64,000 bases of DNA from an uncultured bacterium (GCA_903954065.1 CAJBME010000310.1:8854-72853); one strand, 5' to 3'. Shown: positions 43,719 through 55,785, counted from the first letter of the stretch. Numbers and translations: made by a program. The notes: generated from the letters alone by a model not told the origin.

Positions 43719-45689
43719 CTAGGGCTTGGTTTCCCGCACGCGGTAGAATGCTTGCGGGAGATTGGCAGCGATAGTGTCCACGTACATCGTCTGATTTCCG
43801 CCGGAAACAAGCGCATCGGTCAGTTCCACCCATCCGCCCGGCTGGCCGGCTGAGGTCAATGTGGTGGAGAAATCGACGGCGTATGTGCGACCGGGACGTG
43901 AGAGGATCGTGAGCGTCGCGGACGTCCCTCCAGATGCCCGCGTGATACTGGCAATTTCCAACGGTGTCTGCGCGGCTGGGTTCATGATCGAGGCGATGAT
44001 TCCGTCACCCAGAGGAACGCGGTAGAGGCGAACGTCATCGATGAGCCCCTCAAAGCCCTCGGTGTCGTTGTGGCGAGTGCCAATATTCATGAAGTCGCTT
44101 CCGGGATTCGCGGGAGGCAGGCCGGGGCCGGAAAAGACTTTGAACCCGTTGACGAAGAGAGACATATCCTGAGGTCCTGAGCCCGCGTTGCGCCAAGCGA
44201 CATGCACCCACTCGTTGAGGAAAAGCGCGACCTCCGTGTTGTGCCATCCCGTTTGCTGGTAGTAGCTGAGGGTCAGATCAGGCGCCCCACCGACAGCGGC
44301 CCGGTTTCCAATCGCAGTTTCAAATCTGTCCCCAGCGCGACTGGTCAACCGCTCAAGGCCAGCGCCCTCCTGCAATGTCGTCGGTTTAACCCAATAGCTG
44401 AGCGTGAATGAGTTTGACGAGAGCGAGTCGCTTCCCGGCACATTGACCCCCATATTGTTCGCGGTGAGCGCCAAGGCTTGGCCACCGCCCGGGCTGTCCT
44501 CGTTCGCAAAAGCGGCATCGCCCAGAATTGATCCGTGGTTGGCCGATGGGGAACTATCTTGGGCATCTCCCTCCAATTTAAGGTGTAGCGTCAAGTAAAG
44601 CGACGGTGACGGCGCGCTGGTGGCGCTGACCGGATTGGTGCCAGCTGCGATTTCCAGTCCGTCGGTGAAAAAGTCCCCATCGGTGTCGGCGAGGAGCGGG
44701 TTGGTGGCGCGGACGTTCATCTCGTCTCCGTCCGAAAGCCCGTCCCCATCGGTGTCCGCCACGGTCGGATTTGTGCCCAAAGTCATTTCCGGACCATCCT
44801 TGAGCCCGTCGTCGTCCGTGTCAGCATCATTAGGTTTCGTCCCCCGAGCCAGCTCTTGGGCATTGGTGAAGCCATCAGTATCCAGATCGCCGGCAGCGCC
44901 ATTCGCTCCGGTATTGTCGTTGGGATTCAAACCGTTTGGCGTTTCCCAAGCGGTCGGTAAACCATCTCCATCGCTGTCATCGAAGAAATTCGCGACACCC
45001 ACGGCGGCGATGATGCTGATATCAACGGGGGTCAGGGTCCCGTCCCAAAGAAAGACGTCATCCATGAGACCATCGAACCCTTCCTTGTTGTTGAAAGCGG
45101 TGCCCAAATGCATGAAACCACTAGGGTCCGGGACCCGCGCCCCCGTGAAGGCCAATACCCCGTCAAGGTACAATTCCATGGCGCTCGCTGTATTGCGCCA
45201 CGCCACATGGCTCCAACCTGAGGATGGCACGCTCACGGCCGTAACCACCCAGCCAGTCGCGGGGCTGTAGTAGGAAAGCCCACCGGTAGTCCCGACTGCC
45301 GTCTCGAAGCTATAACCATCCCGCGAGCTCAGTCGCTCAAATGGGCCACTTTGAGGCATATCGAGAAGATTTATAAAATAGCCGAGGGTAAACTCGCCTG
45401 AGTCGAGCGCAGCGTCGGCCTCGAGGCGCACGCCTTCCGAGTCCTCATCGAACCGCAGTGACTGGCCACCCAGTCCGGCCGGAACGTCTCCCTCGTAGGT
45501 AAGCGTGCCTAATTCGCTCCCATGGAGTCCGTTGTCGGAATTATCAATCAAGTTGCCGCTCAATGGCCACCAGCCGAGCAGTCCTGCGGCTGCACCCCAT
45601 GGGGCCAAGAACGCGCTGACAGCGATGGCCGCTAACCACCGGGTTTGGGAACCCGTATTCGAGGTAGAGAGAGATTTTAATTTCTTCAT
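43719..45689 (-). CDS. secreted 2x LamG + TSP3-repeat protein with shared C-terminal tail (paralog of 16489..20529)
   Basis: Signal region WLAAIAVSAFLAPWGAAAG. LamG ends GFDGLMDDVFLWDGTL and GFEGLIDDVRLYRVPL. DxDxDG repeats (DSDGDGLPTAWE, DTDDDGLKDG, DTDGDGLSDG). Tail GRTYAVDFSTTLTSAGQPGGW...AFYRVRETKP. Confidence 0.9.
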   Translation of the reverse strand: MKKLKSLSTSNTGSQTRWLAAIAVSAFLAPWGAAAGLLGWWPLSGNLIDNSDNGLHGSELGTLTYEGDVPAGLGGQSLRFDEDSEGVRLEADAALDSGEFTLGYFINLLDMPQSGPFERLSSRDGYSFETAVGTTGGLSYYSPATGWVVTAVSVPSSGWSHVAWRNTASAMELYLDGVLAFTGARVPDPSGFMHLGTAFNNKEGFDGLMDDVFLWDGTLTPVDISIIAAVGVANFFDDSDGDGLPTAWETPNGLNPNDNTGANGAAGDLDTDGFTNAQELARGTKPNDADTDDDGLKDGPEMTLGTNPTVADTDGDGLSDGDEMNVRATNPLLADTDGDFFTDGLEIAAGTNPVSATSAPSPSLYLTLHLKLEGDAQDSSPSANHGSILGDAAFANEDSPGGGQALALTANNMGVNVPGSDSLSSNSFTLSYWVKPTTLQEGAGLERLTSRAGDRFETAIGNRAAVGGAPDLTLSYYQQTGWHNTEVALFLNEWVHVAWRNAGSGPQDMSLFVNGFKVFSGPGLPPANPGSDFMNIGTRHNDTEGFEGLIDDVRLYRVPLGDGIIASIMNPAAQTPLEIASITRASGGTSATLTILSRPGRTYAVDFSTTLTSAGQPGGWVELTDALVSGGNQTMYVDTIAANLPQAFYRVRETKP

Positions 45690-45846
45690 GGGCTGGGTTA
45701 TTTTATCGCTTACTTCAATTGTGCTTCACGAGCCCGATGAATTCCAAGAGCAAAATTCGACGTTTATGAAGACTTTATGCCAGCGATTTTCTGACGACGT
45801 GCTGGCGCACAGCGGTGAGTCGTGCGTCGCGGACCTGGGGGCGCGA

Positions 45847-47388
45847 TCAGCGGCGATGCTGAGCCTCCGTCGGAACGAATGTGGTGGTACCTGAGTAGAT
45901 GGACCGCAGGTTCCAGCCTTTGATTTCTTTCACGCGGACCGAACCCCCTTCGCTCCACAGGCTGACTCCGAGGTTCTCCGGGGCGTAACGATGGGGAGCC
46001 AGCGCGGCCAAGCGGTCATTGGCGAAGACTTCGATGATGCTTTTGTCGAGGAAGATGCGCAAATGGATATCTTCATCCGTCAGGACGGTGAACGGGATTT
46101 TTGTCTCACCCATGGTCAGCATTTTTGCCTCCGGTTCATAGCTGATGGGAAAGCCGTTTTTACCCTTTTGATCGCAATAGACATGCACTCCGAACTTCCG
46201 GGCCGCGCCTGACTGGAAGACGATGCTCAGCTCGAGTGTATCGCCAGTGATACTTTCGAGTGGGTGAGCCGTATCCGCTGCGATCGTCACTTCGCCTGCC
46301 GAGCGCTCCTCATGGCGGAGTTGCTCCAATTCCCGGAGGGGTTTAATGCGCAGCACGCCATCTTCTGGCAGGCTCAGCTCGCGCGGCAGGCATTGAATAC
46401 TGCTTTGAACCGGCACTTCTTTCAGCCGGTGTTTCATCCGCGACCACGCCCACATCACGCGCCGACCATCAGGTGTCAGCAGGCTCTCGGGAGCGTAAAC
46501 ATCGGCATCTTCATCTCCCCCCTGAAAGGCGCACATCCAATTCATTCGGCCATGCGATTCAGGGAGGAATTTTTCGTCCTGAAACCGGCCGAGGTAGTAG
46601 CGACTCCCGATCCAGTGACTCAGGCAAAGTAGCATCCACTTGTCTCCGATCCGGAACATATTCGGGCAGGAGATATCCTCATCACGCGGCACATCGAGGG
46701 TAGGCATGTTGTCGTGGAGCAGGTGGCCGAGGTAGTGCCAGCTTTTTAGATCCGAGGATTTCATCCAGTGAGGATCCTTGCCGCCAGAAATCGCATAATA
46801 TGTTTCGCCATCAAGCCAGCAGTCAGGATCCCAATGGCGCATCTCCGGAAGCGCTCCCGAGGCTGTGCTTGGGTTCACCGGCACCGGCTTCGACCAGCGC
46901 TCAAGTAGGTCATCCTCGGCGAACGCGATCTGATTTCGTCCAGAACCTTCTCCATGGTAGATGATCGCCGGTTTACCTTCCTTGGTGAAAAATCCGGTTC
47001 CGCTAAACAGACCGTGCCCCATCGCGGCCGGGGTGAGCGTGGTCGGATGCCATTTCCATTGGACCATGTCCGTGCTCGATACATGCGCCCACGAGACACC
47101 TGCTTGGGCCTCGTAGATGTAAAAAAGATGGTATCGCCCTTTCCAGTAGAACGCTGCATTCGGATCGCCCGGCCCGGTTGTTCCCGGGTGGGCTAGATGA
47201 TAAGTCAACCACGTCGATGGCGGATCGACCGGGAAAACGGGTGTCTCCGTTGGCGACGGAGCCGAGGAGGCGGGCGTCTCGACGGCGAAGGCAACCGCGG
47301 TGGCGAGGAGAATCCAGAATGTCGACAGCCTTGCCACGCACGCGCGACTCGACAATCGCTTTGCTTCGTCGATCATAAAATTAAACAT
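45847..47388 (-). CDS. glycoside hydrolase family 32-like protein (beta-fructosidase superfamily), secreted
   Basis: ATG at 47388 (MFNFMIDEAK...STFWILLATAVAFAVETPA signal). GDPNAAFYWKGRYHLFY (WMNDPNG-type block), HVSSTDMVQW, HWDPDCW (RDP-type block). GH32 C-terminal sandwich LRIFLDKSIIEVFANDR. Confidence 0.75.
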   Translation of the reverse strand: MFNFMIDEAKRLSSRACVARLSTFWILLATAVAFAVETPASSAPSPTETPVFPVDPPSTWLTYHLAHPGTTGPGDPNAAFYWKGRYHLFYIYEAQAGVSWAHVSSTDMVQWKWHPTTLTPAAMGHGLFSGTGFFTKEGKPAIIYHGEGSGRNQIAFAEDDLLERWSKPVPVNPSTASGALPEMRHWDPDCWLDGETYYAISGGKDPHWMKSSDLKSWHYLGHLLHDNMPTLDVPRDEDISCPNMFRIGDKWMLLCLSHWIGSRYYLGRFQDEKFLPESHGRMNWMCAFQGGDEDADVYAPESLLTPDGRRVMWAWSRMKHRLKEVPVQSSIQCLPRELSLPEDGVLRIKPLRELEQLRHEERSAGEVTIAADTAHPLESITGDTLELSIVFQSGAARKFGVHVYCDQKGKNGFPISYEPEAKMLTMGETKIPFTVLTDEDIHLRIFLDKSIIEVFANDRLAALAPHRYAPENLGVSLWSEGGSVRVKEIKGWNLRSIYSGTTTFVPTEAQHRR

Positions 47389-47450
47389 GTGAGATAGAGG
47401 GAAATTTCTGAAATCGATGACCGTCCGTCGAGCTTTCGCCCTAGGGCAGG

Positions 47451-49877
47451 TCAATGCTTTTTCACTGGGCCGAGGTGTCGGTGCAGGAATTTAAATGTCT
47501 CTCCCAGATTGATTTCATGGCCGCCGACGAACCATTCGATGGCACAATTTTCCGGCAGTTTGAGTTGAGCGTTATAAAGGTGTTGGATCTTGGCGAACTC
47601 GAACCCGACCTGCTCGTCGGAACCGACCGGATCGAAGTGCCCGCGCTCGACCATGAACGGACGCGGAGCGATCAAGGCCGCCATTTCGGCATAGCCATAG
47701 GTACGGCCCAGACCGAACTCAAAGATGTAAGGCTCCGGCTGAAACACGTAGCTATAGCCACTGTTGTTCGTAGTTGTCTTCCAGATCCACTCGTTGAAAT
47801 CACCGGACACCACAGTTAGAGCGTAACCATTCACCAGCAATGGCATACGCATGGCGGTTTTACCGCCCCAAGACAGGCCATAGAGCCCGATGCGATCCCC
47901 CGCGACGAACGGTTGGGTTTGCAGCCAGTTGACGATCTGCTGATGCATCGCCGCGATATAGGAATACTGCGTCAGCCCCACACTGTTGCACTTGCGCACG
48001 AGGCTGTCGGTCGGCGGAAACATCACCGAAGGCGCGAAGGTAACAAACCCCTCCTCCGCAAGCCGCGCGGCGAACGCATGATACGCCCCGGCCTCATCCT
48101 TTACCAACTGGTCAGGATGACCGCCGCCCCCATGCTGACACACCACCACCGGACGACGTTCACCCGGCATTAATCCTTTGGGGACGACTAAATAACCAAA
48201 CGCGTTCGCACCCGGGAAAACGTCCAGTTGGACTTCATAACAGCTCCACTTCTCCTCGTCGTAACGCCGGCGCGATTTCGCATTGAACGGCAACACAGGT
48301 GTCTCGAGGCGCCCGAGCACTTCGCGGCGCAGATGGTCGATGTAAAACGTCTTCGTCGCTTCGTGTTTTTCAAGGGATGAAGAATCGAGCTTTTTCATGA
48401 ACTGCTGCCGTTCGCTGGAGCTTTTTCCGAGTAGCCATTGGGTGTGCCGGTCGATTTCATGCATCTGCCTCAGCTGACGCACACGCGGATCAAACTGAGA
48501 CGGCAACGTCTCTGGAGCCCCCTCGTCCGGTGAGAGAGTGGTTCCAGGTTTCAGGGCGGCGAGGAAATGACCCAACATTGAAGCCGAGCCGAATGCCCCC
48601 TGCCCGTCACCTTCAGCAATTAACTCGATCGGCTCGGGCGGATCAAATCCGTTCGCAAGTTGCAGCGCCCGCGCGACTTCCTCCTTCACGCGGACGACGT
48701 CGGGCGAGCGGACTATTCCCTGACTGCCCCCGGGCGCCGTCACCGCGACCTCCGGGCCGCGGCACGCTTCGATAATCAACGCTCGAGGTAAAATCAGGGT
48801 CGCGATCTCGGCGTCACCGAACTGGGTAAGCAAGGAGAACACGCTGCGGTCAAACGGTTCGTTCCAAAGATTCTGACGCGAATCAAAATACCCGGAGACA
48901 CCAACCGCATCAATGCGGGTGTCAATCGCTGCCGCATAAAACCCGAGGAGCGCACCCTCGCCGTAACCGATCACTCCGATGGCATCGTTCTCCCGCGCGA
49001 GCCAGTCCACCGCTGCGAGCACCTTCTGCACTTCATAGCCGATCAGGTGCCGACCGAGCTGGAAGGCCGGGCGAAACAACAATTCACGGCTGCTCATAGG
49101 CTGGCGCGCATACGAGGTGAATCCATCCTCGCCACGCACTGCCACCGTACGGTCAATCAACACCGGCACGAGGACACGGCAGCCGTTCTCCGCGAGCCGC
49201 CGGGCAAATTGTGATTCTATGGCTACCCCTGGCGCCAACCCGCAGATCTGCTCGGGCGTCTGCGCGCAGTCCGGCACCGCGACCACCGCCGCCACCGACT
49301 GGCGTCCACGGGGTTCGAGCAACAAGCCTTCAGCCTGCACATCGCCGAACGCCGGCCAGCTTACACGGTGGACGTCATAACTTTTCCCGCGCCCGACAAG
49401 GGCCGGCTGATCCACAGTCGCGAGCAGCGCAGGCGCATCAAAGGGTACGCGGACATCGCTGACACCGATGATGTGAGCGAAGCGCGTCCGATTTGGCTCG
49501 ATGGAACGATTGTAGTTTTCCGCCGATGTAAAATCCCGCTGCCAATGCTGCGGACGCGTCGCCGTCGCCCGGTCGATTTCAGCATTAATGACCCCATCCC
49601 AATTTCCCACGCCACCTTGCCCTTCAGACAACGGTGCCGTGCCGGGTAAAACCGCAGGTGGGCCCGCGGCCGCGCATTCAGGTATCAAAACGCTAGCAAT
49701 GCTGGCCAGCAACGACGCGACGAGGACGGCCGCGCGACGTACGATGGCGACGCCGCCATTAGGCCAGAGGGCGAAAACGCGTGGGAATCCCATAAGACGA
49801 ATAGATGAGGTGCTTGGGATCGAACCGATATGGATGCCGTGGCGGACTAGCGGGAACTCTGGCGCCGACTTTTTCAT
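47451..49877 (-). CDS. secreted tandem alpha/beta-hydrolase-fold protein (esterase/peptidase-like)
   Basis: C-terminal half has VVVCQHGGGG and the nucleophile elbow GLYGLSWGG. The N-terminal half has the equivalent position as IGVIGYGEGA, with no Ser. Hydrophobic N-terminal segment AAVLVASLLASIASVLIPECAAA. Confidence 0.75.
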   Translation of the reverse strand: MKKSAPEFPLVRHGIHIGSIPSTSSIRLMGFPRVFALWPNGGVAIVRRAAVLVASLLASIASVLIPECAAAGPPAVLPGTAPLSEGQGGVGNWDGVINAEIDRATATRPQHWQRDFTSAENYNRSIEPNRTRFAHIIGVSDVRVPFDAPALLATVDQPALVGRGKSYDVHRVSWPAFGDVQAEGLLLEPRGRQSVAAVVAVPDCAQTPEQICGLAPGVAIESQFARRLAENGCRVLVPVLIDRTVAVRGEDGFTSYARQPMSSRELLFRPAFQLGRHLIGYEVQKVLAAVDWLARENDAIGVIGYGEGALLGFYAAAIDTRIDAVGVSGYFDSRQNLWNEPFDRSVFSLLTQFGDAEIATLILPRALIIEACRGPEVAVTAPGGSQGIVRSPDVVRVKEEVARALQLANGFDPPEPIELIAEGDGQGAFGSASMLGHFLAALKPGTTLSPDEGAPETLPSQFDPRVRQLRQMHEIDRHTQWLLGKSSSERQQFMKKLDSSSLEKHEATKTFYIDHLRREVLGRLETPVLPFNAKSRRRYDEEKWSCYEVQLDVFPGANAFGYLVVPKGLMPGERRPVVVCQHGGGGHPDQLVKDEAGAYHAFAARLAEEGFVTFAPSVMFPPTDSLVRKCNSVGLTQYSYIAAMHQQIVNWLQTQPFVAGDRIGLYGLSWGGKTAMRMPLLVNGYALTVVSGDFNEWIWKTTTNNSGYSYVFQPEPYIFEFGLGRTYGYAEMAALIAPRPFMVERGHFDPVGSDEQVGFEFAKIQHLYNAQLKLPENCAIEWFVGGHEINLGETFKFLHRHLGPVKKH

Positions 49878-49913
49878 GGTTTATGAGCTCGAGTTCAAAA
49901 CCGATCACTCCGA

Positions 49914-51383
49914 TCAGGCGAGCACCGCCTTCACCACCTGCCCGTGGACATCGGTCAATCGAAAATCCCGGCCGCCAAAACGATAGGTGAGTTTCTCATG
50001 ATCTATCCCGATGAGGTGCTGCACGGTCGCCCACAAATCGTAAACGGTACAAACATCCTGCACTGCATAGTAGCCGAGATCGTCGGTGGCCCCATGAACC
50101 GTACCGCCTTTGATGCCGCCGCCGGCTAGCCAGACACTGAATCCGAATGGGTTATGATCCCGACCGTCCCCGGATTGCGCGAAGGGAGTCCGGCCAAATT
50201 CTCCAGCCCAAACGATGAGGGTTTCGTCAAATAATCCCCGTGCCTTCAAGTCTTTAATAAGACCCGCGATCGGCTGATCTACTTGGAAGGCCATCTCGGA
50301 ATGGCCAGCCTTCAATACGCCGTGTTGATCCCATGGATTTCCGATTTGGCCGAGATCGGAAGGGCGCGGCAGGCAGGTGAGTTCGACGAAGCGCACGCCG
50401 CGCTCCACGAGACGTCGTGCGATCAGGCATTGCCGTGCGTATTCCGCCTTCTCACGTACCGGCGAGTTCAATCCGTATAGCTCCTTTGTGGAGTCGCTCT
50501 CGCCTCGCAGATCCATCAGATCCGGAACGGCCGATTGCATGCGGTAGGCAATCTCGTAATTGTGAATGGCGGATTCAACCTGTTCGTCTCCTTGGAGCCG
50601 GGCGAGATGACGGCGATCAAGGCGTTCGATGAAGCTCAAGCGCTTGCGCTGCAGGCCGTCGCTTTCGCGGGGCGTGATGTTCGCGAGAGATTCCTGCTGA
50701 GTGGGATCGAGGAACGATGCCTGATGAACGGCGGGAAGAAAACCATTGCCAAAAATGTTCACGCCGCCCAGCGGTATACCGCCACTGGCCAACACCACGA
50801 AGCCGGGCACGTTCTGATTCTCACTGCCGAGACCGTAGCTTGTCCACGCGCCCACACTGGGATGTCCGGCGAGCGAAAAACCGGTGTGAAGGAAATAGTT
50901 TCCCTGAGCGTGTTCGTTGGCTGTGCTGGTCATCGATCGAATGACAGCAAGGTCATCGGCGCACGAGCCAATGTGTGGGAACAGTTCGCTCACAGGCAAG
51001 CCCGACTGTCCGTGATTTCTAAACTCCCATGGACTGGCCATGATGTTGCCGTTCTGGTTAAACATCGTGGGCCGAACCGGTACTGGCATCGGCTTCCCAT
51101 GATCACGTTTCAAGCGCGGCTTGGGATCGAAAGTGTCCACATGTGACACGCCGCCGGACATAAAACAAAAAATGACACTTTTCACTTTTGGGCGGAAATG
51201 TGGCGGGCGCGGCGCGAAGGGACTGGGCTTAACCGGATCAGCCGCAGCGGCCAGCGCCTTACCTTCGGCGGCGAGGCCGGACAATGCCACCAGACCGAAG
51301 CCGGTTGAACATCGCGCGAGCATATCACGGCGCGAAATCATTCCCGCCTGAGGCGCGTGCAATCGTGAACGGTTAATCGACAT
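49914..51383 (-). CDS. DUF1501 domain protein, Tat signal (paralog of 32953..34458)
   Basis: [75 protein letters not shown]. The start at 51383 overlaps the upstream gene by 11 nt; alternative ATG at 51341. Confidence 0.9.
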   Translation of the reverse strand: MSINRSRLHAPQAGMISRRDMLARCSTGFGLVALSGLAAEGKALAAAADPVKPSPFAPRPPHFRPKVKSVIFCFMSGGVSHVDTFDPKPRLKRDHGKPMPVPVRPTMFNQNGNIMASPWEFRNHGQSGLPVSELFPHIGSCADDLAVIRSMTSTANEHAQGNYFLHTGFSLAGHPSVGAWTSYGLGSENQNVPGFVVLASGGIPLGGVNIFGNGFLPAVHQASFLDPTQQESLANITPRESDGLQRKRLSFIERLDRRHLARLQGDEQVESAIHNYEIAYRMQSAVPDLMDLRGESDSTKELYGLNSPVREKAEYARQCLIARRLVERGVRFVELTCLPRPSDLGQIGNPWDQHGVLKAGHSEMAFQVDQPIAGLIKDLKARGLFDETLIVWAGEFGRTPFAQSGDGRDHNPFGFSVWLAGGGIKGGTVHGATDDLGYYAVQDVCTVYDLWATVQHLIGIDHEKLTYRFGGRDFRLTDVHGQVVKAVLA

Positions 51384-54300
51384 AAATGAACTCCTTTAGA
51401 CAAAACAGAGATTGCGCGAAGTCCTGCCAGACGCGTTCGCTCGTCTCAACTTCCCCTGGCGGGATCGAGTGTTCATCCGCCAATTCCTCAAAAAAATCTC
51501 CAGCCGAAGCCAGATCCTCCGCGGTCGGCATGCGCCCCAACGCCCTGACGAACATGTCTTTAATCCGTTCGTCCCGCGAACGCCCGCCAGCGGCCAGTAC
51601 CTTTGCCCATTTCGCGGATTGATCTATGACAAACGGATCGTTGAGCATTGCTAGGGACTGCGCCGGAACGTTGGTGGCGTCGCGCTTGCCACGCGTGGTT
51701 GCAGGCTTGGGCGCGTCAAAAGCCTCGAGAAACGGGTTGTGCGCGTTGCGCCGAATACGTTGGTAAACACTGCGGCGTCGATCACCATCCAGCGGACCCT
51801 TCGCCCCACCGCCTTCGGTCTTGGCCACATAATACACGTTCACCCCCGGGCCGTACATTTGAAGATCCATCTGACCGGACACAGAAAGTACGGCGTCACG
51901 AATGGACTCCGCTTCTAAGCGACGCACACGTGCATGCGAAAGCCAAGTGTTACTGGGGTCGAGTCGTTGCGCATCAGCAGAAGTCAACGCCGTCTGCCGG
52001 AAGGCTTGCGACATCATGAGAAATCGGATCGTTTCCTTGACCGACCAGCCGTTCTCAACAAAACGCGCTGCGAGGAAATCGAGCAGCTCCGGATGCGTCG
52101 GTATTTCGCCGAGCCGGCCAAAATTATCTACGGTACCGACCAGACCACGGCCGAAAAGATGATACCAAATCCGGTTCACCATGACCCGAGATGTCAGCGG
52201 ATTGGTGGGACTCGCCACCTTGTCCGCCAGTTCTAACCGCCCGCTCAGCGACGTTGGGAACGGACGGTCATCGAACATCTCCAAATACCGTCGCGGGACG
52301 GTTTCACCCGGCTGGGTGATCTGGCCGCGCACGAACAATGGCTGGTCAAACGCATCGGCTTCATGGACACCCGGTGCACGACGAGGGACCGGAATCTCCC
52401 CCTCCAGACGCCGGTAGGCGGCCATAGCCCCCTGCAGTTGAGGCAGTCGCGACAGGGAAACCGGCAATAAATCGCGGCGAATGAAAAAATCGAGAAATGC
52501 CAATTCGGCGTCGCTCAGTTTTCCCTCGCGCCAATGTTCGACAGCGTCCGACAAGCGGCGGCGGTAGAGTTCGGCCAGTTCCGTCACTGACCCGGGCGCC
52601 TCCCCTGACAGCAAAAAAGCGGCCGGCACGAGCTGTTCTTTGGGCGGCTGGGAACCATTGTGAAAAACCACCTCGGCAGCTCCGAAGCTAGCGCGACCTC
52701 CTGCGGCGGAACCGGAGATGGGTGAATCATCGTCCGTGACAAATTCAATATAAGCGTGAGAGCCTTTGCGGTAGGCCGTGTCGAGCCGGATCCACTTCAT
52801 GTCGTCACCATTTAATCTCTCCGCCGGATAGAGGCCGCCGCCACCGATGGCGTAGTTCTCGACGACGAGTCGCACCATGCTGTGCTCGCCGAGCGCACGC
52901 ACGCTCATACTGTCCGATTCCACCTTGAAGCGAGGCGAGGTAAAGACGCCGCTTTGTTTCCGAGTCAGTGCGTGGTTGAAAACGCCCGCTGGATAAAGCC
53001 CGCGCAAGACTCGGTCGCCATCGAACTCGATGGAAAACTCGCCCGCCGGAACCGGCACACCCGGGGTAGCGCCGCCCCCTTGACCCGGCGTCGCACCGGC
53101 CATAAACCAGCGGCCAGCCTCTTCGCCCCGCAGGTCCCAGCCTGGGGTGAATTGGGTCCGGTTGAACTCGCGGCGGTCAGCTAGCTCGTTCCTCCAAAAC
53201 GTTGCGAGTTCATCCCAGCCCGCTTGAAAATCTTGATCAGTCAGACGGGACAACTTGACCCACGGATGCAGCGCGCTGGCCTTGTTGTCCGCGGCTTCCG
53301 TCATGGCCGCTTTCCATGCGTCCGTCATGTGGGTGGAGTCGAGTGGCCGAACCTGAACCGACCGCAGCTGATCCAGCTCATGATGAAGGTGCGCCCGTTT
53401 CACGAGCTCATCTGGCGTTAAGGATTGGGTCAAGCTTTCTGCATCCACGCTGGCCGCCCCGGCCTGGAACGAGACAGCTATTTGCTCAGCCGTGAGGGCC
53501 TGGTCATATAGTCGGGCCTCCTCAATCTCGCCGGCTAAGACGCTCACTTCTGCGGCCAAATGGCGTTTACCAAACACCACCCGGGCGCTACCCGCAGCAA
53601 ACGGTTGCAGCGTGCCGTGCTGATAGCTTTTGCCATACAGAGCGCCATTGCGATAGAGTGTAATGGAATTGTCCGTGCCATAAACCACTGCGAGATGGAT
53701 GAGCTCACCCGGGCCAGCGGTCTCGGGCGAGGCGTGGGCGTCTTGGGTGCGTCGAAAAAAATCGCTCCCGGCAATCCAATGACCCGGTTCCTTTTCGCCA
53801 AAGACGATCGCGTCGAAGTTCTCGCTATCCGGCGTCTGCACGGTCAACGCCGCTCCCCCCCGTTGATCGAGCCCGGCCAGAGTCACCCAGACTTCCAATG
53901 TTTTTTCGCGAAGGCTGGTCGGAAGCGGTTCGGTGACGACCCATTGGCTCGCGTCCTCCAAGATAAGGCGGCCCGCCCGGACCACAGCGCCGCCTTCGGC
54001 TCGGCCGTGCATAGACCCGATGGCATCGCGCAAATCTTCGTCGAAACCCCATCGAGCCAACGGTAGAGGCAGCTGATTCGAAAAGTCCGCTCCGCTCTGC
54101 CGGACAAGCTCAGCGCGAGCCCGCAATTCAACCTCCGCGATTTCTCGGGAAAGCCGACGAATGCCCGCTTCCGTCCGTTCTTTTTCCGCACTGCGGGCCG
54201 CCTGCTCGAGGAGCCATGTCCCAAGACCCGCCGCGGCTTCGGTCCACGCAGCCTCTAAACCACCGCGAATTTCATCCTTCAACACCGCGAGTTCAGCCCG

Positions 54301-55599
54301 GTTCGTCTGCTGTAATACAGGATCATCTACCACCACCTGGCTGGGGCGACTGCTGGCGAAGACACCATAGAGCGCATAAAAGTCCTTTTGGCTAATCGGG
54401 TCAAATTTATGATCGTGACAGCGGGCACAGGAAACGGTGAGCCCTAGAAATGTTTTTGAGAATACATCAATCTGGTTATCAACGACTTTCACCTGATCAT
54501 CTAATGCATCCACCGGTACATACCCTAATTCGACCATGCGCAAATACGCTGGGCCAAGCATGGATTCGTTCAATCCCTCAGCGCGATTCAGCCGCGGATT
54601 CGGCAGCAGATCCCCAGCGATGTGTTCGCGGACGAACTGGTCGTAGGGCACGTCGTCATTGAAGGCGCGGATGAGGTAATCCCGGTAACGCCAGGCCATC
54701 GGCAATTCCGGATCGCCTTGGCTACCGTGAGACTCACAGTAACGAACGAGATCCATCCAATGCCTCGCCCAGTGCTCGCCAAACCGTGGCGAGGCCAGCA
54801 GGCGGTCGACTTGCCTGCTGTAAGCATCCGACGAATGGTCGCGACAGGAGTCCTCGATCTCTTCGGCGGTAGGCGGAAGCCCGGTCAATGCGAACGTGGC
54901 GCGCCGCAGCAACGACTCGCCACCGGCCGCGGGAGAGGGCCGCAGCCCGCGTTCCTCCATTTTCGCTTGAAGAAAACGATCGACCGGATGCTCCGACCAC
55001 GCGGTGTCCCTCACCTTGGGAATAGCCGGCTTGCGCACTGGCTGGAAACTCCACCATTCTGCGCGCGCTTTGAGCGTAGCAGCCCAACTGGCATTGTCCG
55101 TCGTCACCGTCTCACCCACCGTCGGCGGCTGGTCGCGCGGATCAAATGCGCCCTGATTCACCCAGGCCACAAAATCCTCGATGACAGAATCCGCAAGCGC
55201 AGGTCGATCCTTCGGCATTTTCGAATCCGGGGCCACGTGGCGGATGCTTTGGATGAGCAGGCTTTTGTCTGCATCACCCGGAATGACCGCCGGGCCGGTG
55301 TCTCCGCCTTCGAGGAGTCCGTCTCGAAAATCCACGCGCAGTCCGCCCTTTTGCTTATTCGCCCCGTGACACTCATAGCACTCGTTGACCAGCATCGGCC
55401 GGATGCGTTGCTCGAAAAAATCAATCTGTTCTGGAGTGGCCGAAAGCGCGGTCTGAACGAAAACAGTAAGAATAGTGAGAGCAATCCAAGTGGCTCCAGT
55501 CGGTGCACGGTTCGACCACCTGGTCCGATCGCGCTGATGGCCGAGGTCGGCCTCGGTCGGTGCGACCGTGACGCGCTGAGATTTTGAAATTGCCCTCAT
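51373..55599 (-). CDS. PSCyt1 (CxxCH) - DUF1549 - LamG - DUF1553 multidomain protein
   Basis: Heme-c-type motif [44 protein letters not shown]. LamG-like insert ([18 protein letters not shown]). DUF1553 region ([24 protein letters not shown]). Start at ATG 55599 (MRAISKS...) or 55665. Confidence 0.9.
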   Translation of the reverse strand: MRAISKSQRVTVAPTEADLGHQRDRTRWSNRAPTGATWIALTILTVFVQTALSATPEQIDFFEQRIRPMLVNECYECHGANKQKGGLRVDFRDGLLEGGDTGPAVIPGDADKSLLIQSIRHVAPDSKMPKDRPALADSVIEDFVAWVNQGAFDPRDQPPTVGETVTTDNASWAATLKARAEWWSFQPVRKPAIPKVRDTAWSEHPVDRFLQAKMEERGLRPSPAAGGESLLRRATFALTGLPPTAEEIEDSCRDHSSDAYSRQVDRLLASPRFGEHWARHWMDLVRYCESHGSQGDPELPMAWRYRDYLIRAFNDDVPYDQFVREHIAGDLLPNPRLNRAEGLNESMLGPAYLRMVELGYVPVDALDDQVKVVDNQIDVFSKTFLGLTVSCARCHDHKFDPISQKDFYALYGVFASSRPSQVVVDDPVLQQTNRAELAVLKDEIRGGLEAAWTEAAAGLGTWLLEQAARSAEKERTEAGIRRLSREIAEVELRARAELVRQSGADFSNQLPLPLARWGFDEDLRDAIGSMHGRAEGGAVVRAGRLILEDASQWVVTEPLPTSLREKTLEVWVTLAGLDQRGGAALTVQTPDSENFDAIVFGEKEPGHWIAGSDFFRRTQDAHASPETAGPGELIHLAVVYGTDNSITLYRNGALYGKSYQHGTLQPFAAGSARVVFGKRHLAAEVSVLAGEIEEARLYDQALTAEQIAVSFQAGAASVDAESLTQSLTPDELVKRAHLHHELDQLRSVQVRPLDSTHMTDAWKAAMTEAADNKASALHPWVKLSRLTDQDFQAGWDELATFWRNELADRREFNRTQFTPGWDLRGEEAGRWFMAGATPGQGGGATPGVPVPAGEFSIEFDGDRVLRGLYPAGVFNHALTRKQSGVFTSPRFKVESDSMSVRALGEHSMVRLVVENYAIGGGGLYPAERLNGDDMKWIRLDTAYRKGSHAYIEFVTDDDSPISGSAAGGRASFGAAEVVFHNGSQPPKEQLVPAAFLLSGEAPGSVTELAELYRRRLSDAVEHWREGKLSDAELAFLDFFIRRDLLPVSLSRLPQLQGAMAAYRRLEGEIPVPRRAPGVHEADAFDQPLFVRGQITQPGETVPRRYLEMFDDRPFPTSLSGRLELADKVASPTNPLTSRVMVNRIWYHLFGRGLVGTVDNFGRLGEIPTHPELLDFLAARFVENGWSVKETIRFLMMSQAFRQTALTSADAQRLDPSNTWLSHARVRRLEAESIRDAVLSVSGQMDLQMYGPGVNVYYVAKTEGGGAKGPLDGDRRRSVYQRIRRNAHNPFLEAFDAPKPATTRGKRDATNVPAQSLAMLNDPFVIDQSAKWAKVLAAGGRSRDERIKDMFVRALGRMPTAEDLASAGDFFEELADEHSIPPGEVETSERVWQDFAQSLFCLKEFIYVD

Positions 55600-55785
55600 G
55601 TATCGAGTGGGGCAGCCCGGTAAGCGGGATCGTCGAGAACCCAAGGGATGCCTTATGACATTCATAGACGGAAGGCAGGCCGTTGCCTATCATCCAATGC
55701 CCTAAAGAGACGTGCGATACATGACGATGACCCGTCCGGGGCCGCAGCATCATGAGGGTAAACGAGACAGCGATTTTTCTTTCTT

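Noticed and set aside
54622-55587. 321-aa + strand ORF inside the PSCyt gene (also 50535..51146, 53560..54066, 33766..34395 and 5811..6572)
   Set aside because: These lie opposite well-supported family-hallmark-bearing CDSs. The composition is typical of GC-rich antisense frames.
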